DNA of 64,000 nucleotides, taken from positions 1 to 64,000 of IMG/VR virus record IMGVR_UViG_3300025030_000010; one strand, given 5' to 3'. Positions within the stretch are counted from its first letter, which is position 1. Each line of letters begins with the position of its first letter. The notes beneath the pieces are model-generated. The model did not search any database, had not been told where the DNA came from, and saw only the letters and a program-made list of their open reading frames with translations. The stretch is from a virus. A program made the translations under genes and the position numbers. This document shows positions 29,613 through 38,806 of the stretch, one piece after another.

Positions 29613-29808
29613 GAAGTTCTTCTCCTGTAATAATGAGATGTTGTTCTTGAATTATCTTGGTCTGCATGATCAGAAAATCTCTACTTGTCGTGTGTAGAGT
29701 GATTGTTTCTTCCTGAAGCTTCTTGTGTTTCTTCTTTACCACTTCGAGACGAATGGCAAGATACATCGCGAAGATGAACCAAAAGATGGTAACTTGAGTT
29801 TGAGTCAT
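29422..29808 (-). CDS. Hypothetical protein with N-terminal TM helix
   Basis: AGGAGA RBS, IFWFIFAMYLAI; 3' part overlaps the next gene. Confidence 0.4.
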   Translation of the reverse strand: MTQTQVTIFWFIFAMYLAIRLEVVKKKHKKLQEETITLHTTSRDFLIMQTKIIQEQHLIITGEELHVPGFSEEVSKVEGRNIGSLFGESASRGSAEAEHEATARGLRCVYSRKSEKKAVATQESGREA

Positions 29809-30023
29809 AATTTCGTCTCTCCTTGCAGAAAAGTTCTTTGATCTGTATTTACTGCTTTCTTCTTTTTGGACGGGACGGCAGGACTGAACTGTGCGCAGTA
29901 TCTAGCTGCGTTGTCGATCAATGAGTAGTCGAACGTGCGCAAACGAAATACCATCGATTTACAGAGCTGCATGAGCTTAATACAGTTGTCGTTGTTATTG
30001 CAGTTGAAACACGTTCGTCTCAT
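29805..30023 (-). CDS. Small Cys-rich protein
   Basis: CFNC...C...C; AGGAG RBS. Confidence 0.5.
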   Translation of the reverse strand: MRRTCFNCNNNDNCIKLMQLCKSMVFRLRTFDYSLIDNAARYCAQFSPAVPSKKKKAVNTDQRTFLQGETKL

Positions 30024-30031
30024 AGCAGCTC

Positions 30032-30619
30032 CTAGAAGGGAATTTCATCCTCGATATCAAAAGGCACGATGTTCAGATTGCGAATCATCGAAACAGGGTA
30101 ACCTGCTTTGCGCATGAGCGACTTCGCCTCTGCTTCATCTCCGACAACCACTTTGGCAATCTTCACAACATGCTTGACGTTCGAACCGAAATACGGTGAA
30201 TCCGAATTCGAGTTGCCGTAAGTTACTCTGTTTATGCAGGGCAGATAGAACCAGTATTTCGATAGACTGTCGCTGATATCATCTATGCCGCCTTGAAACG
30301 GGTCTTTCGGCTCAATGTCTTTGTAGTCAAAGAGCCCTATCACGCCTTCAATGACTTGCTTGCACTTCTTTTCATCCGGCTCAAGCTCAGGGTGAATCTC
30401 CTTAAAAGCGAGACGAAGTGTGGGGAAGTCAGGCGCGATCAGTATTATGGGCTGAGAAAACGTCTTCATCGTGAACGTGCAAGCTATCCCCTTCATGAAC
30501 TCGCTTCTGATAACGACATCGTTCGGAGAGACAGTTTCGAATCCGAGAGCCGTGCCTTTCATCTTCGCTGCCTCAGGAGCAACAGTCAACGAGTGTTTCT
30601 TTTTCTTTGTTGTTCTCAC
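30032..30619 (-). CDS. Hypothetical protein ending in SSB-tail-like DEIPF (paralogue 2)
   Basis: AGGAGG RBS; C-terminus ...FDIEDEIPF. Confidence 0.7.
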   Translation of the reverse strand: MRTTKKKKHSLTVAPEAAKMKGTALGFETVSPNDVVIRSEFMKGIACTFTMKTFSQPIILIAPDFPTLRLAFKEIHPELEPDEKKCKQVIEGVIGLFDYKDIEPKDPFQGGIDDISDSLSKYWFYLPCINRVTYGNSNSDSPYFGSNVKHVVKIAKVVVGDEAEAKSLMRKAGYPVSMIRNLNIVPFDIEDEIPF

Positions 30620-30627
30620 GTTGCCTC

Positions 30628-31236
30628 CTAGAAGGGGATTTCATCGTCCGGATTAATCGAGCTGATTTCAACTGCTCGTATGTCAGCAACTTCCCAGCCG
30701 GCTCGCTTCAAGAGCAGCTTCGCTTCAAGCTCTGTTCGCTTGACGGCATCTCCGAGTTCGGTGAAGTCGTCCGTCCCTAAGTCGCGCACCCAGATCATGC
30801 AAACGGAGTCGCTCGCCTCATGATGCACCCAAACGACATCGAGAGGCTTGCGCCCCTTATCGTCTGTATAACCTCTCCACGCTCTCACTTGCGCTTCTTC
30901 TTGTGCTTTCTCGTGAGACTTATGATCAACATAGTGAGAATGATCTTTATACGCTTCCTCGTGCTTTACGCAGACAACAAGCTCGGGGCTTGAACCATGT
31001 GTAAGCTTCAGCATTTTGAGAGCTTCCTGAAGCTGCGGCGCCGTAGGAGCCATGAGAACGAGATGTAGTGTCTTCGAGAGAGACACACAAGCAGCAGTTC
31101 CGACCATGCCGCCGTCGTGTTTCATGAATCCGATCTTCTGATTCTCAGTATAGAGAGCGTTTGCAGTATCAGCAGCTACGACTGGACCGCGCTTGACTGG
31201 CGCAGATTCTTTCTTGACTACTTTCTTTGTCCTCAT
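30628..31236 (-). CDS. Hypothetical protein ending in SSB-tail-like DDEIPF (paralogue 1)
   Basis: GGAGG RBS; C-terminus ...INPDDEIPF. Confidence 0.7.
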   Translation of the reverse strand: MRTKKVVKKESAPVKRGPVVAADTANALYTENQKIGFMKHDGGMVGTAACVSLSKTLHLVLMAPTAPQLQEALKMLKLTHGSSPELVVCVKHEEAYKDHSHYVDHKSHEKAQEEAQVRAWRGYTDDKGRKPLDVVWVHHEASDSVCMIWVRDLGTDDFTELGDAVKRTELEAKLLLKRAGWEVADIRAVEISSINPDDEIPF

Positions 31237-31676
31237 TTCTTAGCGTCCTCCAGCTCGTATTCGGTCTTGATCTGAAGCATCGCCAAGTTCCAGAATCTAT
31301 TCCAGACTCTCTCCCAGTAGGTTATCGTTTCTGCATCGAGTGCGTCACCTGCACCTTTTACCAGATCGAGAAGAGCGTGAGTGATTGCCGGAATCTTTTC
31401 TCTGCGAGCGATTACCGAATGAGCAGGCAAACTTCTCTCAAGAATCATGAGCATCATGACAACGAGAGAAGTCGAGAGCGTTATCACCTGCTCGTTGTCG
31501 AGTCCCTCGTAAACGTCTTTCTCAGGGCACTTCGGAAGTTGCTCTGTCGGCATTATCGCTGCGACAGTCGGAGTGTTTTCGCCTCTATCTGCCATTTCTA
31601 GCAGATAGAGAACTTCTGCTTTGCGCAGACGACCTAGATTAGCGTAAGACTGTCTGATTTCCTCAACTCGTGTCAT
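31233..31676 (-). CDS. Hypothetical protein
   Basis: ATGA coupling with sbcD-like gene; GAGGTG RBS. Confidence 0.55.
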   Translation of the reverse strand: MTRVEEIRQSYANLGRLRKAEVLYLLEMADRGENTPTVAAIMPTEQLPKCPEKDVYEGLDNEQVITLSTSLVVMMLMILERSLPAHSVIARREKIPAITHALLDLVKGAGDALDAETITYWERVWNRFWNLAMLQIKTEYELEDAKK

Positions 31677-32599
31677 TTTTTCACCTCGAATGAATCCCAT
31701 ATTAGTTGTTGAACTGCTTTGTGTGTTTTGTTCTTTGCCAAGAAGCTGCGCATGTTGTCTTCAAACGAAAGCGACATCTCACAATCATGAGAGAGACGTT
31801 CCACGAAAGCATCGATTCGCTCGTCTCGATCTGCCGCGCTGTCAATGTGCTCTCTCGATACAGCGTTCTTATCGATAGGCAAAAAGACTTGCTCGATGTC
31901 GTTTGTTTTTGCATCCCATAGAAAGACGCAGGGTTTATGATCCATCTGAGCAGCAGTTGTCCGCATGAATGAGCCGGGGTTTACTAACAGCGTGTTGCCG
32001 ACTCGCTCAGTGAACGTTTGATGATTGTCGCCTGTCAGTATCAGATCGAAGCCTGTCATTTGCTTGATGATCTGCTTCGCTGTGCCGCCGCAATTCTCAG
32101 CGCCAGGGAAAGGCGGCTTACCTTGATATACGAGATGATGAACAAGAGCTATTTTCATTACGTCTTTTTCTCGTTTTATACCAGTAAGCTCTATGCCCCA
32201 AGGGAAACCAATGACATCCGAATTGTATTTATAACCTGATATTTCAGTTGTCAGAGAGCGATCAGGAGAAAGCAGCTTTATCGCTTCAGCTTCTGCCAGT
32301 ACGTGTATGCCAGATTCCTCAATGCGTTCGAGACTGTGGGCAGGAAGATCGTGCTGACCAGGTATAGAGATAATGCCGTGAGCAAGATTCCGCAGAGCGT
32401 AGCCGATAAGAAAAGGACGAGGCTTCCAATGATGGAATAAATCACCTGCGTTGAGGACAGGTACATTATGTTTCTCCTGTAGCTCTCTCAAGAAAGCGTG
32501 CTTCTTCGTCTGCGCTTTCATGAAATCGTCTGTGCGACATTCTGGAGTTGTGTCGCGTAAGTGAATGTCGGAAGTGAGAATCGCAGAGACGTTTTTCAT
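31673..32599 (-). CDS. SbcD/Mre11-like metallophosphoesterase nuclease
   Basis: SDIHL, AGDLF, PGQHD, LVHH, GDNH, NPGS calcineurin-like motifs. Confidence 0.9.
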   Translation of the reverse strand: MKNVSAILTSDIHLRDTTPECRTDDFMKAQTKKHAFLRELQEKHNVPVLNAGDLFHHWKPRPFLIGYALRNLAHGIISIPGQHDLPAHSLERIEESGIHVLAEAEAIKLLSPDRSLTTEISGYKYNSDVIGFPWGIELTGIKREKDVMKIALVHHLVYQGKPPFPGAENCGGTAKQIIKQMTGFDLILTGDNHQTFTERVGNTLLVNPGSFMRTTAAQMDHKPCVFLWDAKTNDIEQVFLPIDKNAVSREHIDSAADRDERIDAFVERLSHDCEMSLSFEDNMRSFLAKNKTHKAVQQLIWDSFEVKK

Positions 32600-32762
32600 A
32601 TCTTGACTTTCCCGAATGTGATTGTGGTTGCCTCTTTGAGAATGCGTTTCTCTCTGCTCACATTGACTCTGAGCCCAAGATCGAGTTTGAGTTGAATCAG
32701 TGGCTTTCTGATATCGTACCACCACTGAGCGATTTCGACATGCACTGGCAAAAGAAAGTGAC

Positions 32763-33026
32763 TCATACTATCACCTTCGACAAGACATCCGGAGATGCCG
32801 ACACGAGAGTGCCTTCGATCTTCTTGAAGATGATACCGTCGAGAATATTTTCAAACAGTCCGTTGGGGGTTTTCGCAACGATGATCGAGTTTTTGTCTTT
32901 GTCCGTTAGACGAATCATGCCGTGCCATTCTTCCTCGAGGAAGAACTTACCCATCGGCTTATCGTCAATACTGACCTCGTATGCTTGCACAAGCTCTAGT
33001 TTCACTTCTTTCGTCATTTCATTCAC
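32763..33026 (-). CDS. Hypothetical protein
   Basis: ORF in operon order. Confidence 0.5.
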   Translation of the reverse strand: MNEMTKEVKLELVQAYEVSIDDKPMGKFFLEEEWHGMIRLTDKDKNSIIVAKTPNGLFENILDGIIFKKIEGTLVSASPDVLSKVIV

Positions 33027-33030
33027 CTCG

Positions 33031-33228
33031 CTATATTGTTTTAGCTAACTCCAAAGCTTCATTGGGCAAGAACCCCTCTGCGACAAGAGCGAGATACTTG
33101 GCTCTTTGTAACTTCGCAGTGAGACTATACAATTCGATCTGATCTGACATCGACTCTTTCAGCAAGCGGATTAACTCTTTCGTCTTGTCAGGTTTACCGC
33201 CGCCTTTGATAACACCGACTACCATCAT
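33031..33228 (-). CDS. Small hypothetical protein
   Basis: YLALVAEGFLPNEALEL C-terminal motif common in small phage proteins. Confidence 0.55.
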   Translation of the reverse strand: MMVVGVIKGGGKPDKTKELIRLLKESMSDQIELYSLTAKLQRAKYLALVAEGFLPNEALELAKTI

Positions 33229-34289
33229 TTACCTCCGCAGAGTGGGCAGACTTTGGGAAAGCTTCGTTTGAACTCCGATTCGAGTTGCTTCAGTACCACA
33301 TCGTCACTGGCTAATCGAACGGTCTGAACCTCGATGTTTCTGATCAACTGCGACAGTGCTTGAATGTCTCGACTGATTTCGTCCTGCTCTTCTATCAGCG
33401 CGATTCCTTTATTTACTGTTTCTTCTATATTAAAAAGATTGTCAAAGCTAGAGATTTTTTCCACCTGACTCTCTATCTTATGAATCAGCGCAGCGAGCTT
33501 CCTTTGCTCTTCCTTGACTTCGTTTTGCTTCTCTGTCAAAAGTATCGCGTCATTGACTTGCTGCTCAGAGGAAAGCAAATTTCGAAGCTCCTCGATGTCT
33601 CTTTCGTCTTCTTCTATGTCAGTAATCAGAGTCTCTAGTTCTGCGATCTGTTTTTCGACAGAACATTTCTTTTCGAGCAGTGATTGCCACGTACTGACAT
33701 CTTTCTCCATCTGCTCAAGATAATCAAACGACTTCTCTTGAGCTTCAAGTTCCTCTATCTGCTCTTTCGTGGTCTTGATGTCACTAGAAATGGCGAGACT
33801 CTTCTTGCGTATATTCGATATTGACGTGTCAATGCTAGTAAGATTTGCAACTTTGTTGAGAACTTTAGCCACGTCACCCGCGGACGAAGATAATAGAAAA
33901 GGGGCGTCGAGCTGCGTTTGGAGATTGATATCATCCATATTGACAGTTTCACTAACTTCAACCGGAATAGTAGTTTTGAACGCTTTGAACTCAGAAGTCT
34001 TTCTTTTCGGCGCAGCGATTTCATAAGCATTGCCCTCTTTTGATTTCAAACGTGAGACGGTGACAGCATCATCGAATGTCATATCAACGATGCTGTCACC
34101 ACCCCAGCTAGAATAAAATGTTTTGCCTGCTGCACGATTGTTTATTAGCCAGTCGAGCGAGCGATAGAGAGAAGACTTGCCGCTGTCTGTAATCCCCACT
34201 ATCGCATTCACACCCTTGTGGAACACGAGAGTCGTGTCTTTGTGTGACTGAATGTTTTGAACTCGAATCGATTTGATGTGACCGTTCAT
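33225..34289 (-). CDS. SbcC/Rad50-like ATPase, N-terminal half ending at the zinc hook
   Basis: NIQSH, Walker A GITDSGKS, Q-loop QTQLDAPFLL, coiled coil, terminal CPLC. Confidence 0.85.
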   Translation of the reverse strand: MNGHIKSIRVQNIQSHKDTTLVFHKGVNAIVGITDSGKSSLYRSLDWLINNRAAGKTFYSSWGGDSIVDMTFDDAVTVSRLKSKEGNAYEIAAPKRKTSEFKAFKTTIPVEVSETVNMDDINLQTQLDAPFLLSSSAGDVAKVLNKVANLTSIDTSISNIRKKSLAISSDIKTTKEQIEELEAQEKSFDYLEQMEKDVSTWQSLLEKKCSVEKQIAELETLITDIEEDERDIEELRNLLSSEQQVNDAILLTEKQNEVKEEQRKLAALIHKIESQVEKISSFDNLFNIEETVNKGIALIEEQDEISRDIQALSQLIRNIEVQTVRLASDDVVLKQLESEFKRSFPKVCPLCGGK

Positions 34290-34302
34290 CGTCTGCTCCG
34301 AT

Positions 34303-35418
34303 CTAGGCTTTGATGTTGATTATCGGACGAATGTGGTTGACAATCTCGACCAGATCACGCTGCTGCTCCATGACCTCAAAGATGCTTTTGTAAGCGCCTT
34401 TCGCTTCATCGATAGTCGAGTCCTGAATCTTCGCAACGATGCCCTGATTCGTCATGCGCTCGCGCTCTTCTTCAACGTTCATCTTGCGTCTCGCTGCACC
34501 GCGACTCATGATACGACCTGCGCCGTGAGAAGAAGAGCAGAGAGAATCGGGGTTACCTTTACCTCGAACGATAAAGGAGCCGTCTTCCCAGTTGCCCGGA
34601 ATGACGCCATACATGCCTTTCTCAGCGTGAGTTGCGCCTTTGCGATGAACCCACAGACCGTCTTTGTTCTGCTCGACGTGGTTGTGGTTGCGATTGATGA
34701 ACGTGGAGTAGTCGTAATTGCCTTTGCCGCACCAGACGTAAAGAATGGCGCCGACTCGATTCATCATCTGACGGCGATTCTCAAGAGCGAAAGCGAGACA
34801 CATCTCCATGTCCATGAGATAGTCCTTTCCCATTGGAGAAAAGGTATGAAAGCCAAAATGACCTTCAAGTGGCTTGTCACTGAAAGCAGCAAGCTTCATG
34901 TAGTGTTCAGCTACGCCGTGTCCGACGCCACGAGAACCTGAGTGAATCACAACCCAGATTTTATCGTCTTCGTCATAGCCGATTTCGATGAAGTGATTGC
35001 CGCTGCCGAGTGAGCAGAGCTGCTTGAGTCCCTGCTTCTCTTCCCAGATTCTCATGAAGTCTTGAGTTCTAGGCAGGCACTTCAACGCAGGGAATATTCC
35101 GTCCGTCTCGTTGCGATTGCGTCCAGTAGGAATAAGCTCGTAGATGCGCTTGAAGATTTCATTACGATGCAAGACGATCTGCTCTCTGCTGAACGTTGTC
35201 TTGATTGCGCACATGCCGCAGCCGATATCATAACCAACCCAAGCAGGCACAACAACGTCTTTTGTGGCGATTACACCACCGATCGGGAGAGAGTAGCCCG
35301 TGTGAGCATCGGGCATGAGAGCGCCTTTGACAGCAAACGGCTGCCGCATTGCGCTGATGAACTGTTTAGCTGCGCTGCGCTCAAGAATCTCCGCATAGTT
35401 CTTTCTCTGCTTCTTCAT
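34303..35418 (-). CDS. rtcB: RtcB family RNA ligase
   Basis: MPDAHTG, VGYDIGCG, LGSGNHFIE, HSGSRG, HNH, HRKGAT, SHGAGR, DEA..AYK. Confidence 0.95.
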   Translation of the reverse strand: MKKQRKNYAEILERSAAKQFISAMRQPFAVKGALMPDAHTGYSLPIGGVIATKDVVVPAWVGYDIGCGMCAIKTTFSREQIVLHRNEIFKRIYELIPTGRNRNETDGIFPALKCLPRTQDFMRIWEEKQGLKQLCSLGSGNHFIEIGYDEDDKIWVVIHSGSRGVGHGVAEHYMKLAAFSDKPLEGHFGFHTFSPMGKDYLMDMEMCLAFALENRRQMMNRVGAILYVWCGKGNYDYSTFINRNHNHVEQNKDGLWVHRKGATHAEKGMYGVIPGNWEDGSFIVRGKGNPDSLCSSSHGAGRIMSRGAARRKMNVEEERERMTNQGIVAKIQDSTIDEAKGAYKSIFEVMEQQRDLVEIVNHIRPIINIKA

Positions 35419-36044
35419 CGCTTTGCCTCCCTGGCAGCCTTCTTTGCTGCCTTGTCGAGTTTGATTTGCTTCTTGCGTGCCGCTTTCTCTTTCTTTGTCA
35501 TTGAGATTTCATCGAGTGCCGCTTTTTGTTCAGAGTCGAGCGGGTGCGTGTTGTCCCCACCTATGCACTGCGCGATCTTCGCAAGACCGAAAGCGTCACC
35601 CTCGTCATTCGTCTTCGAGATGTATCCCCACTGTCTGAAGACGTGCATCATGATCAGGTCTTTTGCGCCGCTGCCTTTGCCGAGAACGAACTTCTTGAGT
35701 GACGTGGGCTGAACGACAGTGAAGGGAATTGAGTGCTCAAACAGCAGCATCCTAATCACCCCTCCAAGTTCTGCTGTCGCTTCACGATTGAACGGAGAGC
35801 CGAAAGAATAACCCTCGACACAAACAGAAGTGGGGTTAACTCTCGTCAAGATGCGATTCAACATACAGTAGATTTCGGAGAGTCTCGCTTCACCTTGGCT
35901 CTTAACCTGTATCGATGTTGAGTAAATGCGTTTGCCGTTGCCGTCGATGAACGCAACGCCAGAAGAGGTTAACGAAAGATCGAAGCCTCCGTATACAGCT
36001 AGAGGCTTCGATGCGCTACGTTTGACAGGTGTTCGTCTACTCAT
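35415..36044 (-). CDS. RuvC-like Holliday junction resolvase
   Basis: GFDLSLTSSG, VEGYSF, PTSLKKFVLGKG..K, DEGDA. Confidence 0.85.
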   Translation of the reverse strand: MSRRTPVKRSASKPLAVYGGFDLSLTSSGVAFIDGNGKRIYSTSIQVKSQGEARLSEIYCMLNRILTRVNPTSVCVEGYSFGSPFNREATAELGGVIRMLLFEHSIPFTVVQPTSLKKFVLGKGSGAKDLIMMHVFRQWGYISKTNDEGDAFGLAKIAQCIGGDNTHPLDSEQKAALDEISMTKKEKAARKKQIKLDKAAKKAAREAKR

Positions 36045-37248
36045 ACTTTGCTTTCCTTTTCGGACGAATCGATTCTTCGATGTCATTCCAGCAGGCGGTC
36101 ACTGCTTGCTTCAGCTCTTCTTTCAGATCATCATCTTCGATAGTCTGAATGAGCTTTGTGCGACTCATTGCGGGATAATCTCCGAGGTCGCCTTTCGTGT
36201 CGATCGGTTTCGTCTTGCTGACTTTTTCATCGTCTTCAGCTTTCGGAGCACGAGCGACTTTTGTTTTCGGACCTTTCGGAGCTTCTTTCGCAGAGTAGGA
36301 CCACCACTTCTCAGAAACGAGAAAGTCAACGCATGAGCCGATATCGTCAATGCCGTAATCGTCAAAGACGTAAAGCTTTATCGAGCGTTTCTTTCCGGTG
36401 ATCTTGTTCTTTCTCACCTTGACTTCAGTTTCTGCGCCGACTTGACGATCTTTCTCTTTGATTGCGCCTGTGTAAATGATCCAGACTTCATGCGTGGCGT
36501 AGAACTTGAGAGCTTTCCCGCCGGAGCGTGTTTTCTTCTCGTAGCTGAAAGCGTTGAGATTGTCGCGTGTCTGAGAGATGATCAAAAGAGCGCCACGACT
36601 GTCAGAGAGCTTCCCGCACTCTTCGCGCAACAACTGACTAGCGAGTTTCGGTTTAGCTGTGCCGTAGCTACCCTTGCTCTTTGCCTTGCTCTTCCCCTGA
36701 CGGATCAAGCGCTCGCTTTCGAGATGCTTCGTATCATCTTCGCAGCCGAGAGAGTCGAACGAGTCCATGATATAAATGAACGGTTCGTCCTCGTTGATTG
36801 CAGCACGAAGATTGTCACTGAATCCCTCGATGTTCTCGCTCGGTGGGTCCACGAACTGAAGACGTGCTTTGGTTCTTGGTCCGAACATCTTCTTCGTGTT
36901 GAACTCGTAGGCGTGCTCACCATCATCGAATTTCGCGTTCACGTCACTCTTGCTATCATCGTTGCACGTTTCGGCAACAGAAGTCATGCAGAGAACAGTT
37001 TTACCCGCACCCGAATCGCCAATGACGTTTGCCATTCTGCCGAGCTTCCATCCACAGTCGGGGTGATTTGTCAGTGCGAGATTCAGCAGCACGCTACCTG
37101 AAGAGACGAAATCGTTAGGGTCGAAAGGGACATCTTCGATATCCTCGCAGCTCACTTTCTTCGCAGCTTTCTTTCTCGCTCGTGTCTGTATCTGATCTTT
37201 GAGTGGCTTCTTCGCTGCGACTGCGCCCGTTGCTTTAACTCTTGCCAC
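36037..37248 (-). CDS. recA: RecA/UvsX-like recombinase
   Basis: SSGS..LNLAL, Walker A GDSGAGKT, DGEH, IMDS, ISQTR, SGGKALKFYA, KNK. Confidence 0.9.
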   Translation of the reverse strand: MARVKATGAVAAKKPLKDQIQTRARKKAAKKVSCEDIEDVPFDPNDFVSSGSVLLNLALTNHPDCGWKLGRMANVIGDSGAGKTVLCMTSVAETCNDDSKSDVNAKFDDGEHAYEFNTKKMFGPRTKARLQFVDPPSENIEGFSDNLRAAINEDEPFIYIMDSFDSLGCEDDTKHLESERLIRQGKSKAKSKGSYGTAKPKLASQLLREECGKLSDSRGALLIISQTRDNLNAFSYEKKTRSGGKALKFYATHEVWIIYTGAIKEKDRQVGAETEVKVRKNKITGKKRSIKLYVFDDYGIDDIGSCVDFLVSEKWWSYSAKEAPKGPKTKVARAPKAEDDEKVSKTKPIDTKGDLGDYPAMSRTKLIQTIEDDDLKEELKQAVTACWNDIEESIRPKRKAKYE

Positions 37249-37250
37249 GT

Positions 37251-37475
37251 CTATGCCTCCTTGTTGCGTTCTTTATCACCGCTGATATGCTTGCGAAACT
37301 TATCCTCGAAGACTCTGTAATGACCTCCGGGGCCTGAGGGTTGAAAGCCAAGAGACTTCTTGGTTACCCATTTGTGAATCGTCTGTATCGAGACATTGTA
37401 ACCGAGAAGTTCAAGAGCGAGAGAGCGTGCCTCTTGCATCGATATCGTCTTCTGCGGACTGACTTTTTCCTCCAT
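37251..37475 (-). CDS. Small Xis/MerR-like helix-turn-helix protein
   Basis: SMQEA...VSIQTIHKWV...GGHYRV. Confidence 0.65.
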   Translation of the reverse strand: MEEKVSPQKTISMQEARSLALELLGYNVSIQTIHKWVTKKSLGFQPSGPGGHYRVFEDKFRKHISGDKERNKEA

Positions 37476-37493
37476 CGCGTTCTCCTGCTTGAG

Positions 37494-37530
37494 AAAAAGG
37501 CGAGTAAAAATGAATTTACTCGCCTCTCTT
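37494..37530 (-). terminator. Rho-independent terminator after the SSB gene
   Basis: AGGCGAGTAAA / TTTACTCGCCT stem with U tract on the - strand. Confidence 0.7.
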
Positions 37531-37556
37531 GTTTAGTGAATCAGTTCACGAATGAT

Positions 37557-38774
37557 CTAGCGTCTGCCGCCGCGCTTTGCAGGCTTCTTCTCTTCTTTCG
37601 CTTCGTCGGAGAGTTCTTTGCAGGCGTCCCAGTTCGGGCAGTCAATGCACTCGTCAAACTCGCCTTCGTCAACGCCGAACTCGCCGCCTGCCGGGCACTC
37701 GTCTTCAGCAAGCTCGGGCTCTTCTTTCTTGCCTTTGGCGCCGCGCTTCGGCTTCTCTTCTTCCTTCTCTTTACCGCGAGAAGCACGACCGCCACGAGAC
37801 GGTTTCTCTTCGGGCTCTTCTTCTTTCTCTTTGTTGCGTCCCCTGCCGCGAGAAGGTGCTTCTTCCTTCTCTTCTTTCTTGCCGCGAGAGCTACGTGACG
37901 ACTTCTCTTCTTTTTCTTCTTCCTCGTCTTTCTTGCCGCGCCCTCTGCCGCCTCTTGCGGGCTTCTCGTCTTCTTCTTTCTCTTTGCCGCGACCGCCGCG
38001 ACCACGAGCGGGCTTCTCTTCTACCTCTTCAGTCTCGGTGTCGAGGAAGATTGCTTCAAGCTTCTCGTAATCGAGAACGTTCAGAATCTCGTCCAGGCAG
38101 AGAACATCGTCAAGAATATCCTCGCCGTAATCGTCACGCTCTTCGAAGTCGATGCGAGTCGCTTCAAAGAATTCGTTCTTGCCCATCTTCTTCGAGCCGA
38201 AACGAATCTTGAGAGTGGAGCCGCCTTCGAGGTCAGCGAAGCCAGCTTTGTAGCCGTCCTCGTCGTCCTCACGAATCTCTTCTTCGAGCTTCTTGCCGAA
38301 GAGATGATAGCTGAACTCCCAGAGCTGAATGCCGGCCTTCTCGTTGTCAAGATCGATCACCTGGAACAGCTCGCGCTCTTTCGAGTTCAGCGACTTGATC
38401 AGGTCTTCATCGGCGTCGGCAGACTTAACGAGCTGTGCGCGATATTCGCAGATGGGGCACTTCTTGCCGACGGACTTCAGGCAGAGATAGGACTTCTCTT
38501 CGGGGCCGATGTTGTTGTGAGTCCAGATCGTGCGCTGATACCACAGATCACCGACATCGACTCCGGCGGGGTGCTTCTTGTCTGTCACTTCGTAGGGGAT
38601 GAAGTCGAGCTTGTAAGTCTTCGCTTTGTCAACCTTGAAGAACTTGATTTCAGCTCCCTCGGGGAACGTGAACTTGACTCCGCCGCGACCAGAAGATTCA
38701 CGAGTCGAAGCGCGATCACGCATCTTATCTGCCATGCTTTGCCCGCTGCCTTTTTTACCTTTTGCTTTTGCCAT
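37557..38774 (-). CDS. gp32-like single-stranded DNA-binding protein with long disordered tail
   Basis: H...CL..GKKCPICE Zn site, QLWEFS, DLEGGSTLKIRF; next to recA and uvsY-like genes. Confidence 0.7.
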   Translation of the reverse strand: MAKAKGKKGSGQSMADKMRDRASTRESSGRGGVKFTFPEGAEIKFFKVDKAKTYKLDFIPYEVTDKKHPAGVDVGDLWYQRTIWTHNNIGPEEKSYLCLKSVGKKCPICEYRAQLVKSADADEDLIKSLNSKERELFQVIDLDNEKAGIQLWEFSYHLFGKKLEEEIREDDEDGYKAGFADLEGGSTLKIRFGSKKMGKNEFFEATRIDFEERDDYGEDILDDVLCLDEILNVLDYEKLEAIFLDTETEEVEEKPARGRGGRGKEKEEDEKPARGGRGRGKKDEEEEKEEKSSRSSRGKKEEKEEAPSRGRGRNKEKEEEPEEKPSRGGRASRGKEKEEEKPKRGAKGKKEEPELAEDECPAGGEFGVDEGEFDECIDCPNWDACKELSDEAKEEKKPAKRGGRR

Positions 38775-38806
38775 GCTAAATTGCCTCCGTTAGAGAATTT
38801 TGCCCA

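Noticed and set aside
29422-29808. Overlapping spanin pair (i-spanin/o-spanin)
   Set aside because: The overlapped 81-aa ORF has no signal peptide or lipobox, and the locus is in the recombination operon.
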